Assembly (NCBI GenBank): GCA_033764015.1
Contig: JANRJK010000014.1
Span: 64,001-128,000, forward strand
Direction: 5' to 3'
Origin: Candidatus Sumerlaeia bacterium
Lineage (GTDB): Bacteria > Sumerlaeota > Sumerlaeia > SLMS01 > JANRJK01
Length of the DNA: 64,000 bases
Within the stretch, counting starts at the first letter, position 1. Every line of letters starts with the position of its first letter. The translations under genes and the position numbers were made by a program. The notes under the pieces were generated by a model, which saw nothing but the letters and a program-made list of their open reading frames with translations, made no database searches and was not told where the DNA came from. Shown one piece after another: positions 56,207 to 64,000 of this stretch.

Positions 56207-56986
56207 TCAGCGGTGGAGGACTTGCGGGGTGCCGTCCTCGAGTTCGAGCACCCGGAGGCGGGCCCCGAAGACCGGTTCGAGGATTTCGGCCCGGAGCACT
56301 TCCCTCGGCGCGCCGTCGGCGGCGGCCCGGCCCCGGTCGAGGAGCAGCAGCCGGTCGGCGAAGCGGGCCGCGAGGTTGGCGTCGTGCGTGGCGACGACGA
56401 TCGTCCGCCCCTCGGAACGGTGGAGGCGGGAGAGCAGCTCGAAGGCGTCGCGCTGGCGGGCGAGGTCGAGGGCGGCGGTGGGTTCGTCGAGGACGAGGGC
56501 GGGGGCTTCCTGGGCGAGGGCGCGGGCCAGGAGGACACGCTGCCGCTCGCCGCCGGAGAGCGTGTCGAGCGTGCGCCCGGCGAAGCCTTCGAGGCCGGTG
56601 TCGGCGAGCGCGCGGAGGGCGGCGGCGTGGTCCGCGGGCCCTTCGCGGGCGAAGGCTCCGCGCTGGCGCGGGTAGCGCCCCATCAGGACCACTTCCAGGA
56701 CTTGGAAGGGGAAGAGGCCCTCCTCCGCCTGGGGGACGTAGGCGATCCGGCGGGCGATCGCGCCGCGGTCGAGGGTCCGCAGGGGCGTCCCGTCGAGCAG
56801 CGCCTCGCCCTGCTGGGGCGTGTGCCAGCCGGTGAGGAGGCGCAGGAGCGTGCTCTTGCCGGAGCCGTTGGGGCCGAGGACCGCGCAAAACTGGCCCGCG
56901 GGAATGGCCAAGTCGAGCGATTCGAAGAGCGCGGGCCCGCCGGGGAAGCGGAAAGCGGCCCCGCGGAGGGCGAAGCGCTCAGGCAT
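56207..56986 (-). CDS. ABC ATPase of the iron-chelate/cobalamin (FepC/HmuV-like) class
   Basis: GPNGSGKST, AYVPQ, LSGGERQR, LDEPT and HDANLA. Confidence 0.92.
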   Translation of the reverse strand: MPERFALRGAAFRFPGGPALFESLDLAIPAGQFCAVLGPNGSGKSTLLRLLTGWHTPQQGEALLDGTPLRTLDRGAIARRIAYVPQAEEGLFPFQVLEVVLMGRYPRQRGAFAREGPADHAAALRALADTGLEGFAGRTLDTLSGGERQRVLLARALAQEAPALVLDEPTAALDLARQRDAFELLSRLHRSEGRTIVVATHDANLAARFADRLLLLDRGRAAADGAPREVLRAEILEPVFGARLRVLELEDGTPQVLHR

Positions 56987-57045
56987 CGCGGCGGATTCCT
57001 TGCGCCGATTCGCTTGCCTTCACGCGCGCCGCGGCCCAGATATGC

Positions 57046-58605
57046 GTGAAGGCATGGCGTGCCGGGAGAACCCGGGGCGCATCCGGCGACGGGTGGCGAA
57101 CGGCCTTGGTTTGGATTCTCTTCATCTTCCTCTCCGTGGCGGCGGTGGCGATCCACCGCCAGCGACGTGCGATCCTCGCGCTCACTTACGAGCTGGGCAA
57201 CCGCGAGCGCGAGAAGAACGCGGTCTTCGACTTCCTCAACCGAACCGGCGAACGCATCACCACGAGCCTCGATGTGACGGGCACGCTGCAGCTCGTCGTC
57301 GAATTCCTCCAGGACGCGACGAAGGCGGACGCCGCGGCGATCTTCCTGCGCCAGCCGGACGAGCCGGACGTGCTCCGCGCGCCGGTGGTGCTAGGCTTCT
57401 TCCCGCCGCTGCACCGGACGACCACGGAGCGCCTGCTCGCGAAGCGGAAGTTCCTCGCGGAGCGCGCGCGGCACGACACGATCCGGATCGGCGAGGGCAT
57501 CGTGGGCCGCGTGGCGGAACTGGGGAAGGGGATGCTGATCACGGACGCGGAGCGGGACGAGCGCGTGCCCCGGGAGGCGTCCGAGGTGATCCCCATCAAG
57601 GACCTGATACTGGCGCCGATCAAGATCCGCGGAGAGACGCTCGGCGTGCTGGTGCTGGTGAACAAGCGCGAGGACGGCCCCTTCAGCGAGAGCGACATGA
57701 GCCTGGTGACGGCGATCGCCGACCAGGCGGCGGTGATGCTCGACCTGGTGCGCCTGTACGACGAGTTCACCGCGAAGCAGCGCGTGGAGCAGCAGCTGCA
57801 GGTGGCCAAGGAGTTCCAGCAGATGCTGCTGCCGCGGGAGCTGCCGCGGATCGAGACGATCGAGGTGGCGGGGTTCTCGCAGCCCGCGCTCGAGGTCGGC
57901 GGCGACTACTACGACTTCATCGACGTCGACGAGCACCACCTCGGGGTGGTGATCGCGGACGTTTCGGGCAAGGGCGTGCCGGGCGCGCTGGTGATGGCGA
58001 GCGTGCGGGCGTCGCTGCGCGCGGAGGCGCGGGGGAACCTGTCGCCGCGCGAGGTGCTGCGCGCGACGAACGCGCAGGCGGTGAAGGACACGAAGCGCGG
58101 CGTCTTCATCACGGCGACCTACGGGGTGCTGGACAAGCGCACCGGCGTGTTCCGGTTCGCGCGGGCGGGGCACGACCCGCTGGTGGTGGTGCGGCCGGAG
58201 GACGGCGAGTTGACGCTTCACGAGCCGAATGGCATTGCCCTCGGGCTGATGGAGGGCGAGGTGTTCGACTTGCTCGAAGAGTCGGAGGTCTCGCTGAAGG
58301 ACGACGGTGCCATTGTGCTGTACACGGACGGTGTGGTGGAGGCGATGGACGAGCAGAAGCGGCTCTACGGGGACGCGAGGCTGCACGAGGTGCTGAAGAA
58401 CACGGCGGGCGAGCCCCCGCAGGCGGTGATCGAGGCGATCAACCTCGATATCGAAGCCTTCGCCGGGGTGCGCGAGCCGCACGACGACATCACGATTGTT
58501 GTCTTGCAGTGGCGCCGCCCCGCCGCTCAGGATGCAGCGGTCGAACCGGAATCCACGGGGGGCGCGGAACCCCTGGAAACTCCCGCCACGGACACAGGCA
58601 CATGA
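57046..58605 (+). CDS. TM-GAF-SpoIIE (PP2C) phosphatase, RsbU-like
   Basis: GEGIVG and VNKR GAF motifs. VGGDYYDF, ADVSGKG, AGH, YTDG and DDIT. Confidence 0.93.
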   Translation: MKAWRAGRTRGASGDGWRTALVWILFIFLSVAAVAIHRQRRAILALTYELGNREREKNAVFDFLNRTGERITTSLDVTGTLQLVVEFLQDATKADAAAIFLRQPDEPDVLRAPVVLGFFPPLHRTTTERLLAKRKFLAERARHDTIRIGEGIVGRVAELGKGMLITDAERDERVPREASEVIPIKDLILAPIKIRGETLGVLVLVNKREDGPFSESDMSLVTAIADQAAVMLDLVRLYDEFTAKQRVEQQLQVAKEFQQMLLPRELPRIETIEVAGFSQPALEVGGDYYDFIDVDEHHLGVVIADVSGKGVPGALVMASVRASLRAEARGNLSPREVLRATNAQAVKDTKRGVFITATYGVLDKRTGVFRFARAGHDPLVVVRPEDGELTLHEPNGIALGLMEGEVFDLLEESEVSLKDDGAIVLYTDGVVEAMDEQKRLYGDARLHEVLKNTAGEPPQAVIEAINLDIEAFAGVREPHDDITIVVLQWRRPAAQDAAVEPESTGGAEPLETPATDTGT

Positions 58606-58958
58606 AAAGCTACGATTTGCTGATCCATCCGGCCGAAGACGGAACGCCCTTCCGGCGCGTGGACGTCATCGGGACGCTCGACAGCCACACGGTGCAGGGC
58701 TTCGAGCAGAGCCTCCACAGCCTGCTCGACGACGGCATTCCGCGCCTGCTCCTGAACATCGAGCAGCTCACCTACATTTCGAGCGCCGGCATCAGCGCGC
58801 TCATGGGACTGACCCACCGGCTGCGCCAGACGAACGGCGAACTGGTACTCCTGAAGCCGACGGAGAAGGTGTACCGCGTGTTCCGCACCCTCGGATTCAC
58901 GAACATCTTCAAGATCGTGGACAGCGACACGGAGCTGACCGCCGCGTTCAACCTGTGA
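58602..58958 (+). CDS. STAS anti-sigma-factor antagonist (RsbV-like)
   Basis: G.LD and LTYISSAGI phosphoacceptor motif. ATGA overlap. Confidence 0.92.
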   Translation: MKSYDLLIHPAEDGTPFRRVDVIGTLDSHTVQGFEQSLHSLLDDGIPRLLLNIEQLTYISSAGISALMGLTHRLRQTNGELVLLKPTEKVYRVFRTLGFTNIFKIVDSDTELTAAFNL

Positions 58959-58995
58959 ACGCCCGCAACGACCGACACGGACCCATGACCGAACG

Positions 58996-59541
58996 ATGAG
59001 CCACGACCGCACCCCCCCTCCGGACCAGCAGCCCGCGGCGCCCCGCGAACCGCTCGGCGAGACCGTCGAGATCGAGGTCAAGGCACCCGTGGAAACACGC
59101 GTGCTCAGCCTGATCCGCACGCTCGTGAGCGCCATGGCCACGGACCTCGGGTTCTCGGTGGAAGAGGTCGAGCGCATCGAGCTCGCCGTGGACGAGGCCG
59201 CCACCAACGTGGTGCGCCACGCCTACAAGCACATCGGCGTATCGCCCGACCTGCCCCCGCACGAGCGCCACGAACCGCCCCCGGGCCAGGACTGCACGCT
59301 GCACATCCGGGCGGAGCTCCAGCCCCACTGCATGCGCATCTGCGTGATCGACAAGGGAATCGGGCTGCAGAACATGCCCCCGGGCGTGAACAGCATCGAC
59401 GAGTACCTCGAACGGCGCGGCAACGGCGGCCTCGGCAACTTCATCATCCGGAACTTCATGGACGAGGTGCGCTACGACTACCCCGGCCAGGGCACCGTCC
59501 TGACCATGACGAAGTACCTGCCCACTCCCCAGGAGGCCTGA
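58996..59541 (+). CDS. Anti-sigma factor Ser kinase (RsbW-like)
   Basis: LAVDEAATNVVRHAY, DKG, GGLG and MDEV. Confidence 0.92.
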   Translation: MSHDRTPPPDQQPAAPREPLGETVEIEVKAPVETRVLSLIRTLVSAMATDLGFSVEEVERIELAVDEAATNVVRHAYKHIGVSPDLPPHERHEPPPGQDCTLHIRAELQPHCMRICVIDKGIGLQNMPPGVNSIDEYLERRGNGGLGNFIIRNFMDEVRYDYPGQGTVLTMTKYLPTPQEA

Positions 59542-59572
59542 CCGCCCCGCGCGGTCGAGGCGCCACCTTCCC

Positions 59573-61120
59573 ATGGCCGACCCCGGCAGCGACCGCCTCC
59601 TCAGCCAGCTCCGGTGGGTCACCGGGCTCTCGGCCATGCTGGGCGCCACGAACAACCTCGACGACATCTTCTCGATCCTCCTGTCCGGGCTCCTCTCGCC
59701 GGACGGGTTGGGCTATTCCAGCGTGGTGCTGGTGGAGGTGGACCCGTTCCAGCGGTTCTACTCGGGAAGCTACGCGCTCGCCTACCACTCCCTGGAGCAG
59801 GTGGAGCAGGTGGCGGAGGCGCTGCGCTCCGAGGAGTCGTTCATGCGGGCCGATTCCGCCTCCGCGACCGGCGACGAGGAGGAGGAGGACCGCAGGCACC
59901 GGCTGAAGCGCACCTCCCAGTGGGTGACGCTGGTGCAGTTCCTCGATCTGGACGGCGAGCCGAACAAGTCGTTCAAGGGGCAGCGCTTCCCGATCCGCCG
60001 CCGCGCACGGCCCGGGCAGCCGCGGGACTTCCTGTCGGAGGCGCTCGGCATGCGGGCGCCGCGATGCTTCCGGAAAGAGGAAGTGGCGGGCGCTCTCCCC
60101 CTGGAGATCGCGGAATTGCTGGAGGGCCAGTTCGCCGTGGTGCCGCTGCTCTGGAACCACGCGGTGCGGAACCTGATCTTCGTGGACCGCCGCTGGAGCG
60201 AGTCGCCGTCGATCTCGCAGACGGACTTGGACGAACTGGAGTACTTCGCCAGCCAGTGCGGGCTGGCGATCGGCAACGGGCACCTGATCGCGGACCTGAA
60301 CCAGGCGCTGAAGGACCTGAAGAACCTCGAAACCATCAAGTCGAACTTCCTCTCCACGATCTCGCACGAGCTGCGCACCCCCCTCTCCGTGATCATGGGC
60401 TTCGTGGACGTGCTGCGGAACCAGGGCGTGGGACCGCTGAACAACTCGCAGGCGACGCTGCTGGAGCGCATCGCGCGGAACACGGCCCATCTGCACACGA
60501 TGGTGTCGGACGTGATCGACATCGCGGAGCTGCAGATCGAGCAGTCGATGTACCGCACGCTGACGCTGGTGGATCCGCTCGCGGTGCTGATGACGACGCT
60601 GCCGCGGCTCGACAACCGGCGCCGCGACGTGCGCTGCGAGGTCCAGCCGGTGATCCCGGACGGCGGCGTGCCCCGGGTGCTCTCGGACGCCGGGGCGCTG
60701 TCGCGGGTATTCTTCCACCTGCTCGACAACGCGATGAAGTTCAACACGGGCGGGAAGCCGGTGCGCGTGGTGTTCTCGGTCGAGGGCTCGGACTTGGCGA
60801 TCACGATCCAGGACCAGGGCATCGGCATCCCGGCGGACAAGCTGGAGCGGATCTTCGAGCACTTCTACCAGGTGGACGGCGGAATGACGCGGTCGCAGGA
60901 GGGGCTCGGGATCGGGCTGGCCGTGGTGCGGATGCTGCTCCACGGGATCCGCGGCACCATCCAGGTGGAGAGCGAGGTCGGCAAGGGCTCCGCATTCACC
61001 ATCGTGCTGCCGGTGCCGGCGGGCGAGGGCGGGGGGACGGCGAGCCAGGACGAGGTGCCGATGATCTCGCCGAAGAAGCCGATGGAGTTCATGGACGAAG
61101 AGGACGAGCAGGCGCCGTGA
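59573..61120 (+). CDS. Cytoplasmic GAF-like sensor histidine kinase
   Basis: SHELRTPL, LDNAMKF, DQGIGI, FYQVD and GLGIGL. Confidence 0.93.
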   Translation: MADPGSDRLLSQLRWVTGLSAMLGATNNLDDIFSILLSGLLSPDGLGYSSVVLVEVDPFQRFYSGSYALAYHSLEQVEQVAEALRSEESFMRADSASATGDEEEEDRRHRLKRTSQWVTLVQFLDLDGEPNKSFKGQRFPIRRRARPGQPRDFLSEALGMRAPRCFRKEEVAGALPLEIAELLEGQFAVVPLLWNHAVRNLIFVDRRWSESPSISQTDLDELEYFASQCGLAIGNGHLIADLNQALKDLKNLETIKSNFLSTISHELRTPLSVIMGFVDVLRNQGVGPLNNSQATLLERIARNTAHLHTMVSDVIDIAELQIEQSMYRTLTLVDPLAVLMTTLPRLDNRRRDVRCEVQPVIPDGGVPRVLSDAGALSRVFFHLLDNAMKFNTGGKPVRVVFSVEGSDLAITIQDQGIGIPADKLERIFEHFYQVDGGMTRSQEGLGIGLAVVRMLLHGIRGTIQVESEVGKGSAFTIVLPVPAGEGGGTASQDEVPMISPKKPMEFMDEEDEQAP

Positions 61121-62430
61121 CCGCGGAGGAGCGGGCGACCGCCCACCCCGCGCCCGTGGCCGCGAAGGAGCGCCACGAGTACCTCGACCTGCTGCGGGGC
61201 GTCGCGATCCTCTGTATCCTCCCGGTCAACATCATCAGCTTTTCGATGCCCAGCCTCGCGATCACGGGACCGGGGCACTGGGGTTCCCAGTCCGCCTTGG
61301 ACCAGTGGGCCTTCTATGCAGTGAACACGATTTTCACGATGAAGTTCTACACGCTGCTGAGCTTCACGTTCGGCGTGGGCCTCGCCATGCAGACGGAGCG
61401 CGTGGCGGAGGGGGGAGCGAACCCGACGGGCGTGTACCTGCGCCGGCTGGCGGGCCTGTTCGCGCTCGGAGCGGTCCATGGCGTGTTCTTCTGGTACGGA
61501 GACATCCTCGCGGTGTACGCGGGCGCGGGGCTGCTGGTGTTCGCGTGGCGCAAGCTGTCGACCACGATGCTATTCGCGCTCGGGGCGTCGCTCGTGGTGC
61601 TGCCGATCCTGCTGTGCTGCGCGCCGCTCGGCGCGTTGACGATGATGGCGCCGGATGGGGCCCGGATGCAGGGCGAATGGCCGGCGACCTTCGCGAGCGC
61701 GGGCGAGTGGGTCGAGCAGCCGGCGGGCGAGCAGGTCGCCTTCGTTTGGCGCAGCATGTTCACCCCCACGCCGGAGGCGGTCGCGGTCGAGGCCAACATC
61801 TACGCGAACGGCAACTGGCTCGAAATCGCCGCCGTGCGCGGTAAGGACTACGTCCTGTACCTTTCGCAGTACCTGGTCGTCATGGTGCCGGTGATCGCGG
61901 GCTTGATGTCGATCGGCGTGGTGCTGATGCGCACCGGGCTGTTCACCGATGCGAAGGGCAAGGCGGGGCTGCTGCGAAAGCTGGCGTTTTGGGGACTGTT
62001 GCTGGGATTGCCGGGCGCGGCGGGGGCCACCTGGGTTTCGACCTTGGGCGAGCGGTTCATGATCTTCGGGTTCATGGCGCAGCACTTCTCGGCCCAGGCC
62101 CTGGCGCTGGGCTACCTCGGGCTTGTCGGGCTGGTGGCCGCCTCCGGTCCTGCGGGCGGCCTGCGGCGAGCGCTGGGCTGCGTCGGGCGGATGGCGCTGA
62201 CGAACTACCTGATGCACACCGTCGTGTTCACGACACTCTTCTACGGCCATGGCCTGGGTCTGTTCGGGCGCTTCGGTTACGCGGACCTGATGCTGTTCGT
62301 GGCGGCGATGTGGGCGTTCCAGCTCGTGGCGAGTCCGGTGTGGCTGGCGCGGTACCGTTTCGGCCCGGTCGAGTGGCTGTGGCGCAGTTGGACCTACGGG
62401 GAGTGGCAGCCGTTCCGGCGGGAGGCGTAG
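61117..62430 (+). CDS. DUF418 (YeiB-like) membrane protein
   Basis: LDLLRGVA, KFYTLLSF.FG, WYGDIL..YA, GRMALTNYL and GPVEWLWR..TYG. Confidence 0.92.
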   Translation: MTAEERATAHPAPVAAKERHEYLDLLRGVAILCILPVNIISFSMPSLAITGPGHWGSQSALDQWAFYAVNTIFTMKFYTLLSFTFGVGLAMQTERVAEGGANPTGVYLRRLAGLFALGAVHGVFFWYGDILAVYAGAGLLVFAWRKLSTTMLFALGASLVVLPILLCCAPLGALTMMAPDGARMQGEWPATFASAGEWVEQPAGEQVAFVWRSMFTPTPEAVAVEANIYANGNWLEIAAVRGKDYVLYLSQYLVVMVPVIAGLMSIGVVLMRTGLFTDAKGKAGLLRKLAFWGLLLGLPGAAGATWVSTLGERFMIFGFMAQHFSAQALALGYLGLVGLVAASGPAGGLRRALGCVGRMALTNYLMHTVVFTTLFYGHGLGLFGRFGYADLMLFVAAMWAFQLVASPVWLARYRFGPVEWLWRSWTYGEWQPFRREA

Positions 62431-63926
62431 TCCCGGCGGGTTCGTTCGAGTCGCGCGCGGCGGCGGCGCTGCTCGCCGCGGCGGCGGTCTCGATGGCGCT
62501 CCTCGCGATCACGCCGGATGCGACGGCGGCGGCGCTGCTGGCGCGCCTCGCACCGGACGGCGAGCTCGGGCCGGCGACGCGGTCGACGCTGCGGGTGGGG
62601 CGCCTCGCGGCGGTCCCCGCGCTCGCGATGCTGGGACTCGCCTGGTTCCGGCGGGATGCGCTGAGGCGCGGCCTCGCATGGCTCCTCGCGGTGCTTGCCG
62701 CGGTCCCGCACGGGCGCTGGATGGCGCTGCTCGGGTGCGTGGCGCTGGCGCCGCGGCTGGCGTGGGTCGCGCTCGTTCCGAGTATTCCCTGGAGCGACTT
62801 CCTGGAGTACCACGAACTCGCCGAGCGGTTGCTGGAGACGGGTCGCTTCGCCACGGCGGAGGGAGCGCCGACCGCGTTCCGGCCGATGGGCTACCCCGCA
62901 TTCCTCGCCGCGGTGTACGCCCTCGGCGGAGGCATCGGCGCGGTGGGGGTGCTGAACGCGCTGTTCGGCGCGGCGACGTCGCTCCTCACGTGGGAGCTCG
63001 CGCGGCACCGGGGGGGCGAAGGCCCCGCGCGGCTGGCGGCGCTGTTCGTCGCGCTCATGCCCTCGCAAATCGGCTACACCAGCCTGCTCGCGGCGGAGGT
63101 TCCGTTCACGGCGGCGGCGCTGGGGTCGCTGGTGCTTGCACAGCGGGCGTTCGCCGAGCGGTCGGGGCGCGCGTGGTGGCTGGCCGCGGCATGCGGAGCG
63201 CTGCTGGGCGCGGCGTTGATGTTGCGCGCGCATGCGGCGGCGGCGGCGCTGGCCATCGCGCTGGCGGGAGCGCTCGCGGGGCGGCGCGCCTTGGGGCTCG
63301 TCGCCGTGGTTGCCGTCGTGTCCGCGGTGCTCCCCGCGGCGTGGGGGCTGCGGAACCTGCGCGAGCTGGGCGCGTTCGTTCCCTTTTCCACGAACGGCGG
63401 CGTGAACCTCCACTTCGGCAACAACGGGATGACGAACGGCACCGGGCTCGAGCTTCTCGATCCCCAGAAAGATGCCACCTCGGGCATCGCGGACGAGGTT
63501 GAACGATCGCGCGCGGGGACGCGGCTGGCGCTGGATTTCTGGCGGGAACACCCGGAGGCGCTGCCGGCGCTGGCGGCGCGCAAGCTGTTCTGGTTCTCCG
63601 CCACGGACGGCGTGTGGACGCATTGGGCGTTCGGGGGGTTGCCGTGGGAGCGCAAGGAAACGGCGCGCCGCGCGGCGCTGGCGTTGGCGACGCTTGCGCA
63701 CGCGCTGCTCCTCGCAGCCGCGCTGTTCGAGCTGGCGCTTTTCCGCCGCCGCGCCGACCAGCGCGCCTCCGCCGAGCCGCTCGCCGAGTGGTACTTGGCG
63801 TTCACGGTGCTGCTGGCGGTTGTTGCGATCGCGCAGGAGCGCTACCGGTTCCCGGTGGCGCCGGTGCTGGCGATGGCTGCGGGGCTCCTCGCGGCGCGGT
63901 TCGCGGCCCGCGATCAGCGGTTGTAG
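62403..63926 (+). CDS. GT-C (ArnT/GT39-like) membrane glycosyltransferase (start uncertain)
   Basis: SDFLEY, TAFRPMGYP.FLA, STNGGVNL..GN and ERYRFP. Many TM segments. Alternative ATG at 62493. Confidence 0.8.
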   Translation: MAAVPAGGVVPAGSFESRAAAALLAAAAVSMALLAITPDATAAALLARLAPDGELGPATRSTLRVGRLAAVPALAMLGLAWFRRDALRRGLAWLLAVLAAVPHGRWMALLGCVALAPRLAWVALVPSIPWSDFLEYHELAERLLETGRFATAEGAPTAFRPMGYPAFLAAVYALGGGIGAVGVLNALFGAATSLLTWELARHRGGEGPARLAALFVALMPSQIGYTSLLAAEVPFTAAALGSLVLAQRAFAERSGRAWWLAAACGALLGAALMLRAHAAAAALAIALAGALAGRRALGLVAVVAVVSAVLPAAWGLRNLRELGAFVPFSTNGGVNLHFGNNGMTNGTGLELLDPQKDATSGIADEVERSRAGTRLALDFWREHPEALPALAARKLFWFSATDGVWTHWAFGGLPWERKETARRAALALATLAHALLLAAALFELALFRRRADQRASAEPLAEWYLAFTVLLAVVAIAQERYRFPVAPVLAMAAGLLAARFAARDQRL

Positions 63927-64000
63927 GGGAACTCCTGCACCCAGTGGAAGCCGCGGGTGCGGAGCGGGTACTCGGGCGCGGGCGCGCGCTCGAGCTGGAC
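63914..64000 (-). CDS. 3' end of an unidentified gene running off the window
   Basis: Open frame VQLERAPAPEYPLRTRGFHWVQEFPYNR-stop. Confidence 0.35.
   Translation of the reverse strand, partial: VQLERAPAPEYPLRTRGFHWVQEFPYNR

Noticed and set aside
1..64000. Many long Arg/Ala/Pro-rich ORFs in the track (e.g. 12563..15289, 23246..25936, 51938..54697) and long N-terminal extensions
   Set aside because: They are shadow frames of high-GC genes, overlap well-supported CDS and have no family motifs.

Overview
GC-rich bacterial chromosomal window with about 61 densely packed CDS. I saw no rRNA, tRNA, CRISPR array or transposase. From left to right it contains: (1) a ~13.7 kb alpha-glycan utilisation locus (GH125-like fragment, two GH66-like enzymes, a sugar ABC importer, a GH13, an esterase and two stand-alone copies of accessory modules); (2) membrane and housekeeping genes (CPBP protease, murA, efp with Asn34), a secreted animal-type heme peroxidase and a secreted EEP nuclease; (3) ArsR-SRPBCC, a ring-cleaving dioxygenase, an olsB/olsA-like-mlaD operon, a bacilliredoxin, mscS, uvrB, def, ribH and rbfA; (4) a complete Tad/Flp pilus cluster with two unusually long Flp pilins, preceded by GT4/TPR/O-antigen-ligase genes; (5) a partner-switching module, a histidine kinase, DUF418 and a GT-C enzyme. 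The most striking pattern is that several unrelated signal-peptide proteins end in the same short C-terminal Trp motif (A-[SG]-V-x-[NSD]-W-x-x-[YF]-(E)-stop), a candidate sorting or anchoring tag. All family calls come from motif recognition by eye; no database searches were run. Several start codons were reassigned from the ORF track using RBS and stop/start overlaps.
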